Translations under genes and position numbers: made by a program
In this document: positions 17,772 through 27,433 of the stretch, piece by piece
How the letters are laid out: each line of letters starts with the position of its first letter
Numbering within the stretch: position 1 is the first letter of the stretch
NCBI RefSeq assembly: GCF_009734345.1
Contig: NZ_CP032551.1
Coordinates: forward strand, 2,160,001-2,192,000
Source of the DNA: Pseudidiomarina andamanensis
Lineage (GTDB): Bacteria > Pseudomonadota > Gammaproteobacteria > Enterobacterales > Alteromonadaceae
Direction of reading: 5' to 3'
DNA length: 32,000 nt
Notes under the pieces: model-generated
Told to the model about the DNA's origin: nothing
The model's database searches: none
Seen by the model: the letters and a program-made list of their open reading frames with translations, nothing else

Positions 17772-18293
17772 ATGAAAACACAAAAAGGTTTTACATTGAT
17801 CGAACTGATCATCGTTATCGTGGTACTCGGCATCCTCGCCGTCACTGCCGCGCCACAATTCTTTAACTTCTCAAGCGACGCCCGCGAGTCAACCGTTAAT
17901 GGGTTGAAGGGTGCACTGAATGGTTCTGCTGATATCGTATTTGGCAAAGCTGCGATCGAGGGTAAAGACGCCGACGCCGACGATGGTGCAACAACAGCGG
18001 ACTATCAAGTTACCGATGATGGTGTTCAAATTGTTTATGGATACCCAGCTGCAACCGATACCGGAATTTTGAATGCAGTAAATATCACCGCGACAGATTG
18101 GGATATTGCTTACGACCCAGCAACCGCGACAGTTGGAACTCAACGTACTGTTAAATTCTCTCCGAAGGGCGTAAATATTGGTGCAGCAGCAACGTTGACG
18201 TACGCTGAAATTACGGATTGTTTTGTATCTTATCAAGATGTAGCAGTTAAAGGCGATCGTCCAGTAATTACGGCCAATCTGACAGACTGTTAA
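17772..18293 (+). CDS. mshA: Major MSHA pilin MshA
   Basis: MKTQKG/FTLIELIIVIVVLGILAVTAAPQFFNFSSDARESTVNGLKGAL closely resembles the V. cholerae MshA N-terminus as I recall it. There is a C-terminal Cys pair (ITDC...LTDC). A strong terminator follows directly, as expected for a highly expressed major pilin gene. Confidence 0.8.
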   Translation: MKTQKGFTLIELIIVIVVLGILAVTAAPQFFNFSSDARESTVNGLKGALNGSADIVFGKAAIEGKDADADDGATTADYQVTDDGVQIVYGYPAATDTGILNAVNITATDWDIAYDPATATVGTQRTVKFSPKGVNIGAAATLTYAEITDCFVSYQDVAVKGDRPVITANLTDC

Positions 18294-18308
18294 TAAGTAT
18301 TAAGCATT

Positions 18309-18331
18309 AAAGCGCCTTCGGGCGCTTTTTT
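18309..18331 (+). terminator. Rho-independent terminator after mshA
   Basis: AAAGCGCC (18309-18316), loop TTCG, GGCGCTTT (18321-18328), with the T-run continuing to 18331. Confidence 0.8.
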
Positions 18332-18475
18332 ATTGTCTACGATTTACCGAACAGTGCGCGTAGCGAACGGACGAACAGCGCAGCGCACGAACCTCGAATA
18401 ACGACCACCGCATTACGATTCGAGATTAACGGCGCTTTGCGCCACCCAGCATTACCTAGCGGAGAGAGCGCCGGA

Positions 18476-21400
18476 CTACTGTCGCTCCATCCAGAAGATG
18501 ACTCGGTCGTTGCCACGGTACTGACCAAAGCCGGCTGTTGCACGAGGGAAACGGTGACTATCACCATTTTCATCAAGCCACGGATATTCGAGCCAACTAT
18601 CGGCTTGATATTCGAATAAGAACTCACCGGAGCCAACTGGTGAGGGTGCCGTCCAATAGAGACTCTCAGGTATCACTTCGCCGGTGATCAAGTTGCTGCC
18701 AACGCCTGCGACACTGGTATTTAATGCGCTTGGGTTGTCAACGATAGCGAGTGATGTTGGCGAACTCGCGGTACATGAATCTAAATCGTTTAACGTAAAG
18801 CGTGTGCCGTCCCAATATTCGGCGCGCATGACCACCGGCAGCGATTCGTTTTCTGGACCATATGTATTTTCAAGCACCAAGCGACCGTAGCGTAGCGCTA
18901 AGGTACCGTTCAGTTGCGCACTGGGGCCTTTCTGAGTCAGTAAGTCGGTCGTAGCGAAATTCCGATTATCCATTTCGCTAAGCACTCGCAAGCCAAGACG
19001 CACAGCACTATAAGGGCCATCCGGGACTTCCGAAGCCAAGCGATTGAATGTTGCCGACATCCCCAATTGATCAAAACGACCATTCACCCAATTACTCGTC
19101 AATGGCGCAACGAGCCGCGAGGCAAACTCATCACTCGCAACATCAGCAGGGCTCGTATTTGCAGCGGTGAGTTCAAGTTGAGCGGCATTGCTGTACTCGG
19201 GACTATGGTAATTTTGTGTCACCACCCCTAACGTGTTTACGGCCACGATTTCAAAGGCTACATGAATGCCGGGCTGCCCCATGTAAGTAAAGTTATCGGT
19301 TGGACAAGCGTTCGTGATATTTGAACTGGTGACTAGAAAATTGGCAGGATAAAACCGTCCAATTGGGCTCGGTACTCGAACAAGAGCATCGCCGGCGCCC
19401 AAATAGTCATTATCCAATAATCCGGGAAGTATATTCGGCGTGCCAGCTTCGCGCCAACGCGCTCCCACCGTTCGCATGGCACCAGCAAAATCTGGGTCAT
19501 CAATAAATGGTGAAGTGATGGTGAGTTTACTGCTACTCCAGGTATCACCGGCAATGACGGGATAAGCCATGGAATCAAAGGTGACCGTCACATTCTCGGT
19601 AGCGCTCACTTCGTTACCAAAATTCGGTGTTGGGTTACCGGCGGCATTCAGTGCCTGCACAATAAAGGTAAAGTCTTCGCCCGCCGCTTTATAGCCAGCA
19701 CCCGTATCAGTAGTCGCTGTCCACAAATTGTTGCTGCTATCTAAGGCGCGGGCAACTAACGTATGTGGCCGCACGACAAAATCGTTAATACTCGTTCCCG
19801 TCAACACAATAGCCGGATCGCCGTTTCCCACATTCTCTGAGAGTTCCAATGATGCGTGCAGGCGCACTTGCCCAACGTCGGAATAGTTAGCAGTGACAGG
19901 CGCTGAACCATTGGCATCAAAGGTGACGTTCACGGAAGTCTGCGTTAGCGCGGTGCCATTATCATTGAGCGCGACATTGGTGCCATTAACCGTGAAGGTT
20001 TGATCGGCCTGACAGGTTAGCGGGTTCGCGCATTCTAAACCGACATTCACGGCTTGTGCGCCTTGTACCCGAGCTTCACAGGCACCGGTTGTGGTATTCG
20101 TCTCTATTGCTTGAAGCAGAATCGGGAAATCTAAACCGGCGTGGCTACTTGCTATTGGGCTCACACCATCGGTATCTGTAAACACCAAACCAGCGCTAAC
20201 GAAATTAACAGCACACCCAGTTATGGTCGTGCCCGCATCGTTATAACACTGCGTTATGTTCGTTGCAGTCGGTATTGCGTCGTTTAATGAAATAACTGTT
20301 GTTCCACCATTAATATTCCGCAAATACCCGCTTCCCGTACCCAGCGTAAATTGCCAATCGGCGGAATTGGTTGTCGTCGAGATAATCGTGTCGCCAGACC
20401 ATGTGCTATTCGCCGCGCTCGCTGTTGCCGTCAGCGTGACGGTGTCATCATAGGTTTCGCTACAGTCGGCATTGGCGCACGCAATAATTTCAATCGGTGC
20501 TGCTAAACAACTGACTAACTGGGTTGGGTGTTGTATACGATAATGATGAACCAGCGCCGGTTCAGGGGTACAGCCAGCCGCTTCATTCACATCCGCTTGT
20601 GTTTGCGGCGAATAGGTAATGGCACTGTTATTGCCCAAGGTCACGGTACCCGCGGTTAGCGCACCACCTTGAAAGTTGGTGTTGTTGCCGAACTCAATGT
20701 TCGCGGTTTCAGACGGGCTGTAAATTAAGCCATTAAAGGTGAACTCTGGGCAGTTAGTGCCACTATTACAGTAATTACCGATTATAAAATCGGCGTCTTC
20801 GTACAGATAAACCACCAGATTAGCGACGTTACCCGTACTATTAAATGAAATATCATTTCCGCCCGAGATACCATCACGAATGAATAATCGCACGGGGCCA
20901 TCCGGAACAATATTGATGGTTGAATTGTTACCGATAAACATCGATTTAATGAAGTAATCGCCAGGCCCGAGATTCAGCGTGTTCGCATTATCAGTAAAGG
21001 TGATGGATTCAATGTAATAGGTACCGCCGCCAGTTGTTGAGGAAAGTGCGTTGGCACCTTTAGTATGAATGGTGCCGTAGGTTCCTGGTGCGAGATTCGT
21101 TTGATTTTCATAGAACCCGGTGCTAATAAAGCTCGGAAACACTGCTGGGTCCAGCGGAGGGAATGCCAAATCGACGGTATCAATAGTGCCCGACGGTGTT
21201 GGTGTATTACCACCGAGACCCGTTTCGTCAACAATGTCGTTATCGTTAATTTGCGTACCACTGCCGGAGGTAAAACCGTTACCACCGACCACACCAAAAT
21301 CGGCAAGCTCGTTAAATAAACTGCAGGTATCAACTGGCGGTGGTGGCGGTGGGGTGCCGGTGTTACAACTGGGCGGTGTGGAGCCGGTTCCGGTATCACA

Positions 21401-22426
21401 AAATTTTTCACCGGCAATGGTACCGCCATTATTCTCAATAGTCGGCGCGGTCGCGTTACCGCCAATGGTGCCTTGCCAGTCAATTTGTATTTCGATTGTG
21501 GCGCTGGCACTACCGGTAATATAAGCGTTACTGGCCTCTAACAGTATCGTTTCTGCCGAGGCATTGCCGGTAATACCTGAACTATTCCCGATAACTAAAT
21601 TTTGAATGACCGTAACATCACCTTGAATATTGCTATTCGAGGCTAACACATTGACATTATTCGCCTCGACATCACCCGTCACCTGACTTCCGCTGGCCAA
21701 CGTAAACGTACCTGAAGCACTGATATCACCATTTATCGTCACCGGAGATTCAGTGATGATGTCGCTGCCAGAAAGATTACCAGTGATAGTGTGGCTGCTG
21801 CCAATGGTAATTTGTCCAGACGACGAAATATTGCCATTAAAAACTGAGTTATCAGAACGTAGCAAAATTGACGTGGGCGCACTGATAAAGCCAGTGATGG
21901 TATTGCGGCCATTAATGTCGATACTTTGGGTTGCGATGATGCTGCCAGTAATGGTGTCTTCGTAACTGGTTGTAATTTGTGCAGCGTTGAGATTCCCAGT
22001 AATGTTGTTTTGCCCACCGGTGGTTATTTGCGCTGCGCTCAAATTACCGACAATTGTATTCTGATAGCCCGTAACAATCGCGCCACTGGCAACTAAATTC
22101 GCTTCGCCATTGTATTGGTAGCCCGTATTAATGTTGCCGGTAGCATTGATGGTTAACGGAATGCCTGTCGCCCCAACCTGAATGGAGACGCCGTTGAGAT
22201 TAGCATCGCCGGTGACATCAAATACGGTTTTACCATCGGTAATAATGCTATCTGCACTGGTCAGATTTAAGCCGTTTGGACAAGTAACATTGCCATTATT
22301 TGTCGTGAAGCATTCCGGAGGAATCAGCCAAGTACCTTTATCTTTCACTAACGTATAAGTTGCTGCGACAGCGCTATTGGCAGCTAAAATAAAGATAAGG
22401 ATAATCAGTGATCTATAAAATCCCAT
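18476..22426 (-). CDS. mshQ: MshQ-like giant secreted pilus-associated protein (putative tip adhesin or biogenesis factor)
   Basis: The ORF opens at the GTG at 22429. The ATG at 22426 is preferred, with GGAGG 6 nt upstream. There is a signal peptide (SLIILIFILAANSAVA/A). About 270 aa of short xITGNLxAxxIT-type repeats follow, then a poly-Pro stretch (TPPPPPPV) and a roughly 950-aa Cys-containing C-terminal region. It is the last gene of the mshD-O-P-Q unit, and its size fits MshQ. Confidence 0.7.
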   Translation of the reverse strand: MGFYRSLIILIFILAANSAVAATYTLVKDKGTWLIPPECFTTNNGNVTCPNGLNLTSADSIITDGKTVFDVTGDANLNGVSIQVGATGIPLTINATGNINTGYQYNGEANLVASGAIVTGYQNTIVGNLSAAQITTGGQNNITGNLNAAQITTSYEDTITGSIIATQSIDINGRNTITGFISAPTSILLRSDNSVFNGNISSSGQITIGSSHTITGNLSGSDIITESPVTINGDISASGTFTLASGSQVTGDVEANNVNVLASNSNIQGDVTVIQNLVIGNSSGITGNASAETILLEASNAYITGSASATIEIQIDWQGTIGGNATAPTIENNGGTIAGEKFCDTGTGSTPPSCNTGTPPPPPPVDTCSLFNELADFGVVGGNGFTSGSGTQINDNDIVDETGLGGNTPTPSGTIDTVDLAFPPLDPAVFPSFISTGFYENQTNLAPGTYGTIHTKGANALSSTTGGGTYYIESITFTDNANTLNLGPGDYFIKSMFIGNNSTINIVPDGPVRLFIRDGISGGNDISFNSTGNVANLVVYLYEDADFIIGNYCNSGTNCPEFTFNGLIYSPSETANIEFGNNTNFQGGALTAGTVTLGNNSAITYSPQTQADVNEAAGCTPEPALVHHYRIQHPTQLVSCLAAPIEIIACANADCSETYDDTVTLTATASAANSTWSGDTIISTTTNSADWQFTLGTGSGYLRNINGGTTVISLNDAIPTATNITQCYNDAGTTITGCAVNFVSAGLVFTDTDGVSPIASSHAGLDFPILLQAIETNTTTGACEARVQGAQAVNVGLECANPLTCQADQTFTVNGTNVALNDNGTALTQTSVNVTFDANGSAPVTANYSDVGQVRLHASLELSENVGNGDPAIVLTGTSINDFVVRPHTLVARALDSSNNLWTATTDTGAGYKAAGEDFTFIVQALNAAGNPTPNFGNEVSATENVTVTFDSMAYPVIAGDTWSSSKLTITSPFIDDPDFAGAMRTVGARWREAGTPNILPGLLDNDYLGAGDALVRVPSPIGRFYPANFLVTSSNITNACPTDNFTYMGQPGIHVAFEIVAVNTLGVVTQNYHSPEYSNAAQLELTAANTSPADVASDEFASRLVAPLTSNWVNGRFDQLGMSATFNRLASEVPDGPYSAVRLGLRVLSEMDNRNFATTDLLTQKGPSAQLNGTLALRYGRLVLENTYGPENESLPVVMRAEYWDGTRFTLNDLDSCTASSPTSLAIVDNPSALNTSVAGVGSNLITGEVIPESLYWTAPSPVGSGEFLFEYQADSWLEYPWLDENGDSHRFPRATAGFGQYRGNDRVIFWMERQ

Positions 22427-22892
22427 CACCTGCCTCCAGCATTAATACTTTCGAATAGGTCATGTCACCTGCAGCGCACTCGCCTTGGGCAATAATTCTA
22501 AAATGATCGCCCTGATACGGTGAGTTAAGTTCAGCTCGGTCACAGAAAATGGTGGTAGAGCAATTTTTTAACCCATTGATAGTGAATAATTGCTCGGGCC
22601 TCACTTCTGGCGGTGGTGATGCCGTTCGCACTGGGCACAAACCTTGTGCCGCTGGCGCATCGTGCGGGAATAGCTCAGTTAAGAACAACTCAGCGCCGGC
22701 GCGCGCCGCTAATTGCGCCCGACTGCCATAAACTTCACCAACAATGGCTTGACTCGAATTCCCTAAAATACGCACCATCGCCACACCAATCAAACTCATG
22801 ATGACAATAATAAATACCGCAACAGCAAGTGCAGCACCGCGTTGCTTTGCAGGTAAACGGACACATTGTGAATATGAGAGATTAGGGAACAT
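22413..22892 (-). CDS. mshP: MshP-like minor (pseudo)pilin, PilX-like
   Basis: The hydrophobic N-terminal helix QRGAALAVAVFIIVIMSLIGVAMV lacks the canonical GFTLxE motif. The protein is 159 aa with four Cys. It overlaps mshO by 11 nt and mshQ by 14-17 nt. The call rests on position and size. Confidence 0.6.
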   Translation of the reverse strand: MFPNLSYSQCVRLPAKQRGAALAVAVFIIVIMSLIGVAMVRILGNSSQAIVGEVYGSRAQLAARAGAELFLTELFPHDAPAAQGLCPVRTASPPPEVRPEQLFTINGLKNCSTTIFCDRAELNSPYQGDHFRIIAQGECAAGDMTYSKVLMLEAGDGIL

Positions 22893-23718
22893 TCGCTATA
22901 TGAACCTCATGCACAAACTGTAACGGTTCAGAATCGGCTTCGCGACTAAAGCGCCAATCAAGCTTTATTAAGCTGTTGCGCTGCAAAGTAGCTTCAAATA
23001 CGTAAAATGGAAATTCATTGTTGTTTAAATCATTGTAGATATATTTAGCCATTATTTCAGCGCTGCTGGCGGCGCTTATTTGTAATTGACTGAAACTCGG
23101 CTGCAAACTGTTAAGTCCGTAGCCGGCAAAGCGATAAATACTATTTGATGTATTGTCGTAACACCAACTTACCGGCTCGCCACCAATGAAATAACGTCGA
23201 GCTGGGCTTTCAGCACCGAAGAAGGCGGGTGTGGTTGCGTAGTTTATTTCAACCAAATTGTCCTGCGCCGGCGACGTGTCGGTGATGTTTGAAATGACTT
23301 TCCGGCGTTGCACGCTGTTGCCGTATATGTAGCTGGTGTTTGTTGCATAAACGAGTAAATAGCCGCCAACTAAATTATCGTTAGCTACCGGCTCAATGGC
23401 AATAAACGGATCACTGCTGGTAGGTCCGGGGCGAGGTATATCTAAATACACGCTGCTTGCAAGTATCGGCATAAATTCAATACAACGCTGCGCATCGGTA
23501 ATTGACACGCGGATACTTCTTGGTACTGCACCTTGCAGCTCACGACTCAACCGCGCGATAGCGAAGCGAGACTGGGCAACTAACTGATCGCGTTCAGTGG
23601 TGTCGCGAAATATTTGTGCACCGAAGCCTAGGTAATTGAATACAAATAATCCGGTAATGGCGAGCAAGACAATGACAATCACTAACTCAACTAAAGTAAA
23701 CCCCTGACGATGACGCAT
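22882..23718 (-). CDS. mshO: MshO-like minor pilin, PilW-like
   Basis: The prepilin motif is MRHRQG/FTLVELVIVIVLLAITGLF. The protein is 278 aa. Its start shares a TAATG overlap with the mshD stop. Confidence 0.7.
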   Translation of the reverse strand: MRHRQGFTLVELVIVIVLLAITGLFVFNYLGFGAQIFRDTTERDQLVAQSRFAIARLSRELQGAVPRSIRVSITDAQRCIEFMPILASSVYLDIPRPGPTSSDPFIAIEPVANDNLVGGYLLVYATNTSYIYGNSVQRRKVISNITDTSPAQDNLVEINYATTPAFFGAESPARRYFIGGEPVSWCYDNTSNSIYRFAGYGLNSLQPSFSQLQISAASSAEIMAKYIYNDLNNNEFPFYVFEATLQRNSLIKLDWRFSREADSEPLQFVHEVHIANVP

Positions 23719-24296
23719 TAGTAATTACCTCGCAGCGTCGCAAAGGTAAAATTTTGTCCAAACGACGTTGTGATCGTCACTTCAATTCTCTTATAAAGAG
23801 TGATTGTAGATTGGCATGTGCCAGTGCTATCGCTGTAACAGACGCTGATTGCAAAGCTAAATCCTGGGTAGCGGCTGGCAATATCATCACCCATCGCATC
23901 GGCTAAAGTTGGGGCGGTTGTCTCGAGTAGGTGGTAATCGTCGACATCATCAAAGTCTTCGCGCGTTTCTGCGTCGGGGCCTAAATTAGTAGGGGCAGTG
24001 CAAGCGCTGGCGGCCGCTTCACCGCATCGTAATAAGCCGCCGCTTCGGTCGCTATTCTCATCAAACGATTTACCGCTAATTTCTTGAATAAAGGCTTCGC
24101 CGAGAGCTGCGGCACGTTGTTGCAGCATAGGTTCGGCGCTGCGCTGCGCTTGAGGAAATATCAGAACAGTGAGTAACACAATCGAAATGCCCAGAACCAC
24201 AATACCAATGATAATCTCAATCAACGTGAAGCCACGTTGGCTTGAGTTCATGGGTCGCTGTGTGATCGACGTTCGTAACATAGACGTTCGTGGCAT
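23718..24296 (-). CDS. mshD: MshD-like minor pilin
   Basis: The prepilin motif is SSQRG/FTLIEIIIGIVVLGISIVLL. The ORF opens at the TTG at 24308. The ATG at 24296 has GGAG 6 nt upstream but gives a 25-aa leader. The ATG at 24251 gives a more typical 7-aa leader but has no obvious SD. The start is therefore uncertain. Confidence 0.65.
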   Translation of the reverse strand: MPRTSMLRTSITQRPMNSSQRGFTLIEIIIGIVVLGISIVLLTVLIFPQAQRSAEPMLQQRAAALGEAFIQEISGKSFDENSDRSGGLLRCGEAAASACTAPTNLGPDAETREDFDDVDDYHLLETTAPTLADAMGDDIASRYPGFSFAISVCYSDSTGTCQSTITLYKRIEVTITTSFGQNFTFATLRGNY

Positions 24297-24423
24297 CAAA
24301 AGCTCCAAGGCTTCTACTTTTCTTATAATTTGTTGATATATTGTTCTGTATACTACACTTTTTTCGTTTACACTGCATAAATTGTTCGGCCATTATGACT
24401 AACGACATAGAGTTAACGAAACC
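24297..24423. promoter_or_regulatory. Divergent control region between mshD(-OPQ) and the + strand pilin gene
   Basis: This AT-rich 127-bp spacer must hold promoters for both units. For the + strand, one candidate is TTTACA (24367-24372), an 18-nt spacer, then CATTAT (24391-24396). A TATAAT also lies at 24324-24329. No experimental support exists. Confidence 0.3.
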
Positions 24424-24942
24424 ATGCCTTTAACTCGGAAAAAATACGACAAAATTGTAAATAATCAGCAAGGTTTCACGCTTGTTGAGCTGATTATTGT
24501 TATTGTATTAATCGGTATTTTGGCCGTTACTGCAGGTCCCCGAATTTTTGGTTCGGGCGGGGTCGATCAAGTTGTAACCGAAAGGCAATTATTGAGTTTG
24601 TTGCGATTACAGCAACAACAAGCCATGCAAGACGTGGTGAATCGCTGTTACGGTGTTAATCTGACAAGTGCTGAAGTAACGCCGTTTGACTGTGGTCAAC
24701 CGATTGAGAATGCGCGAGTAGTTACCCTGCCAAATGATAACACTTTAACGATAGTTTCTACGTTACCAAATGCGTCGACGGGGTTTCGATTTAACGCGTT
24801 AGGTTGTCCTGTATCAACGGGTCATGCAACCACTGCAGAGAACTGCGGTCAAAGTGCAGTAGAGCTACAAATAAATGGCGTAAATGCGCGCAGCGTTTGC
24901 GTTCAAAGCCAAGGCTACATCCGTGTGGGAACTTGCAGTTAA
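24424..24942 (+). CDS. mshC: Type IVa minor pilin, provisionally MshC
   Basis: The prepilin motif is NNQQG/FTLVELIIVIVLIGILAVTAGPRIF. The protein is 172 aa with six Cys. It is called MshC by elimination, being the only remaining pilin of the B-A-C-D set, and by size. It is not distinguishable from MshD by eye. Confidence 0.6.
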   Translation: MPLTRKKYDKIVNNQQGFTLVELIIVIVLIGILAVTAGPRIFGSGGVDQVVTERQLLSLLRLQQQQAMQDVVNRCYGVNLTSAEVTPFDCGQPIENARVVTLPNDNTLTIVSTLPNASTGFRFNALGCPVSTGHATTAENCGQSAVELQINGVNARSVCVQSQGYIRVGTCS

Positions 24943-24985
24943 TATACTAGGTATAACGCTTGCCCGCAGGGTGCCAGCTTGGTAA

Positions 24986-26080
<1,095 letters not shown>

Positions 26081-26088
26081 GCGACACT

Positions 26089-26961
26089 ATGAAGTCGCTT
26101 TTTGAACGGGGGCCAACCCTCCTCACACGACTCGTATTGGCGCTAATTTGCGCCGGTACAGTGATGTTTCTCGACCACCGGCTGAACACCATGCAGCCGG
26201 TGCGTTCGTTTTTATCGACCCTTGTTGCTCCCGTTCAATATCTTGCCGTGTTACCTGAGCAAGTGCTCGATCGCTTGGTTTACTTATCCACAACTCGCAC
26301 TACGTTGCGCGAAGAAAACAAAGCCTTAAAACAAGAGTTACAAGAGTTGCAAATGGCCGTGCAGCGACTCAACTTTCTTGAAAACGAGAATGATAGGTTA
26401 CGCCAACTACTCGGCTCTGAGATTCGCCAAGCGAGCAGACGTATGGCTGCAGAGGTTGTTGCAGTCGCAACTGACCCGTTCTCACACCAAGTCGTGATTA
26501 ACAAGGGCAGCGCCAACGGCGTTTATGAAGGCCAACCGGTGCTTGATAACCGCGGTATTCTTGGGCAAGTGATGAGTGTTGGGCGTGGTACCGCGCGAGT
26601 CTTACTTATTTCTGATCAGAGCCACGCTTTGTCGCTGCGGGCTGAACGCAATGACATTCGAGTATTAGCGCGCGGCACTGGTGATTTGCAGCGTCTTGAT
26701 TTGATGTATATTCCACATTCGAGTGAACTCCAAGTAGGTGACAAATTAATGTCCTCTGGGCTTGGCGGTGTGTATCCAGAAGGTTATCCGGTAGCAGAAA
26801 TTACCGAAATCGACCGTGACGAGCGATTACAGTACGCACGAGTGTCAGCGCAGCCGTTTGCGCAACTTGATCGAATTCGAACGGTCTTGTTGTTATGGCC
26901 AGCCAGTGCAACAGAGCAGCCTGTATACGAAGACACGGAGGGCACTGATAATGTGGATTAA
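26089..26961 (+). CDS. mreC: Rod-shape-determining protein MreC
   Basis: MKSLFERGPTLLTRLVLAL..., a coiled coil (LREENKALKQELQEL), and DPFSHQVVINKGSANGVYEGQPV...GILGQV...SGLGGVYPEGYPVA are co-linear with E. coli MreC. Confidence 0.93.
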   Translation: MKSLFERGPTLLTRLVLALICAGTVMFLDHRLNTMQPVRSFLSTLVAPVQYLAVLPEQVLDRLVYLSTTRTTLREENKALKQELQELQMAVQRLNFLENENDRLRQLLGSEIRQASRRMAAEVVAVATDPFSHQVVINKGSANGVYEGQPVLDNRGILGQVMSVGRGTARVLLISDQSHALSLRAERNDIRVLARGTGDLQRLDLMYIPHSSELQVGDKLMSSGLGGVYPEGYPVAEITEIDRDERLQYARVSAQPFAQLDRIRTVLLLWPASATEQPVYEDTEGTDNVD

Positions 26962-27433
26962 GTCAGGATTATTACCACTTCTAGTTAGCTATCTTGTCGC
27001 GTTGGTGTTGATGGTTATGCCAATGCCTGGCTTCCTAGAAGCATGGCGCCCAGATTGGCTTAGTTTGGTCATTATTTATTGGGTTATGGCGTTGCCGCAT
27101 CGTGTTGGTATGGGAACGGTGCTAATTCTTGGTCTTATCGCGGATATATTGATGGGATCAGTTTTCGGGATTTACGCAACCGCGTTATTAATTATGGCGT
27201 ACCCCGCAATCCGCCACTTTCAGCGCATTCGTAATTACTCATTTACCCAGCAAGCGTTTGTGGTAGCGGTTCTAATTCTTGTGAAGCGCGTCATTGTTTA
27301 TGAGCTCGAGCATGTGCTGAATGATGCGGTCTTTAATTTTGCCTACCTATATCCGGTGTTATCGTCGGCTATCGCTTGGCCTTGGGTGTATTTGATTCTG
27401 CGTAAGTACCGGAGGCATTACCTTGTTCGCTAA
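26951..27433 (+). CDS. mreD: Rod-shape-determining protein MreD
   Basis: The ORF opens at 26816 inside mreC. The ATG at 26951 (MWIKSGLLPLL...) overlaps the mreC stop and gives a 160-aa polytopic membrane protein, the same size as E. coli MreD (162 aa). Confidence 0.85.
   Translation: MWIKSGLLPLLVSYLVALVLMVMPMPGFLEAWRPDWLSLVIIYWVMALPHRVGMGTVLILGLIADILMGSVFGIYATALLIMAYPAIRHFQRIRNYSFTQQAFVVAVLILVKRVIVYELEHVLNDAVFNFAYLYPVLSSAIAWPWVYLILRKYRRHYLVR

Noticed and set aside
20974-21524. ORFs of 178 aa (minus strand, alternative frame) and 134 aa (+ strand) inside mshQ.
   Set aside because: Both sit in the repeat and poly-Pro region of mshQ, where codon repetition keeps the other frames open. Their products are Pro/Arg/Val-rich nonsense-like sequence. 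The long mshQ frame, with a signal peptide and coupling to mshP, explains the region.
24217-24408. A 63-aa minus-strand ORF spanning the mshD start region and the divergent spacer.
   Set aside because: It is out of frame with and overlaps the mshD 5' end. It has no SD and a Lys/Asn-rich composition that reflects AT-rich promoter DNA. It is most likely non-coding.
18294-24423. Inverted repeats at the two boundaries of the inverted mshDOPQ segment, or a site-specific invertible switch.
   Set aside because: Only a 7-nt match (CCGAACA at 18347 against the reverse complement near 24384-24390) was found, which is not significant. No recombinase or invertase gene is nearby. The segment is 6 kb of coding sequence rather than a promoter cassette.
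26816-26950. An upstream extension of the mreD ORF by 45 codons into mreC.
   Set aside because: The extension is out of frame within conserved mreC sequence. The ATG at 26951 gives an MreD of canonical length beginning directly with the first TM helix.
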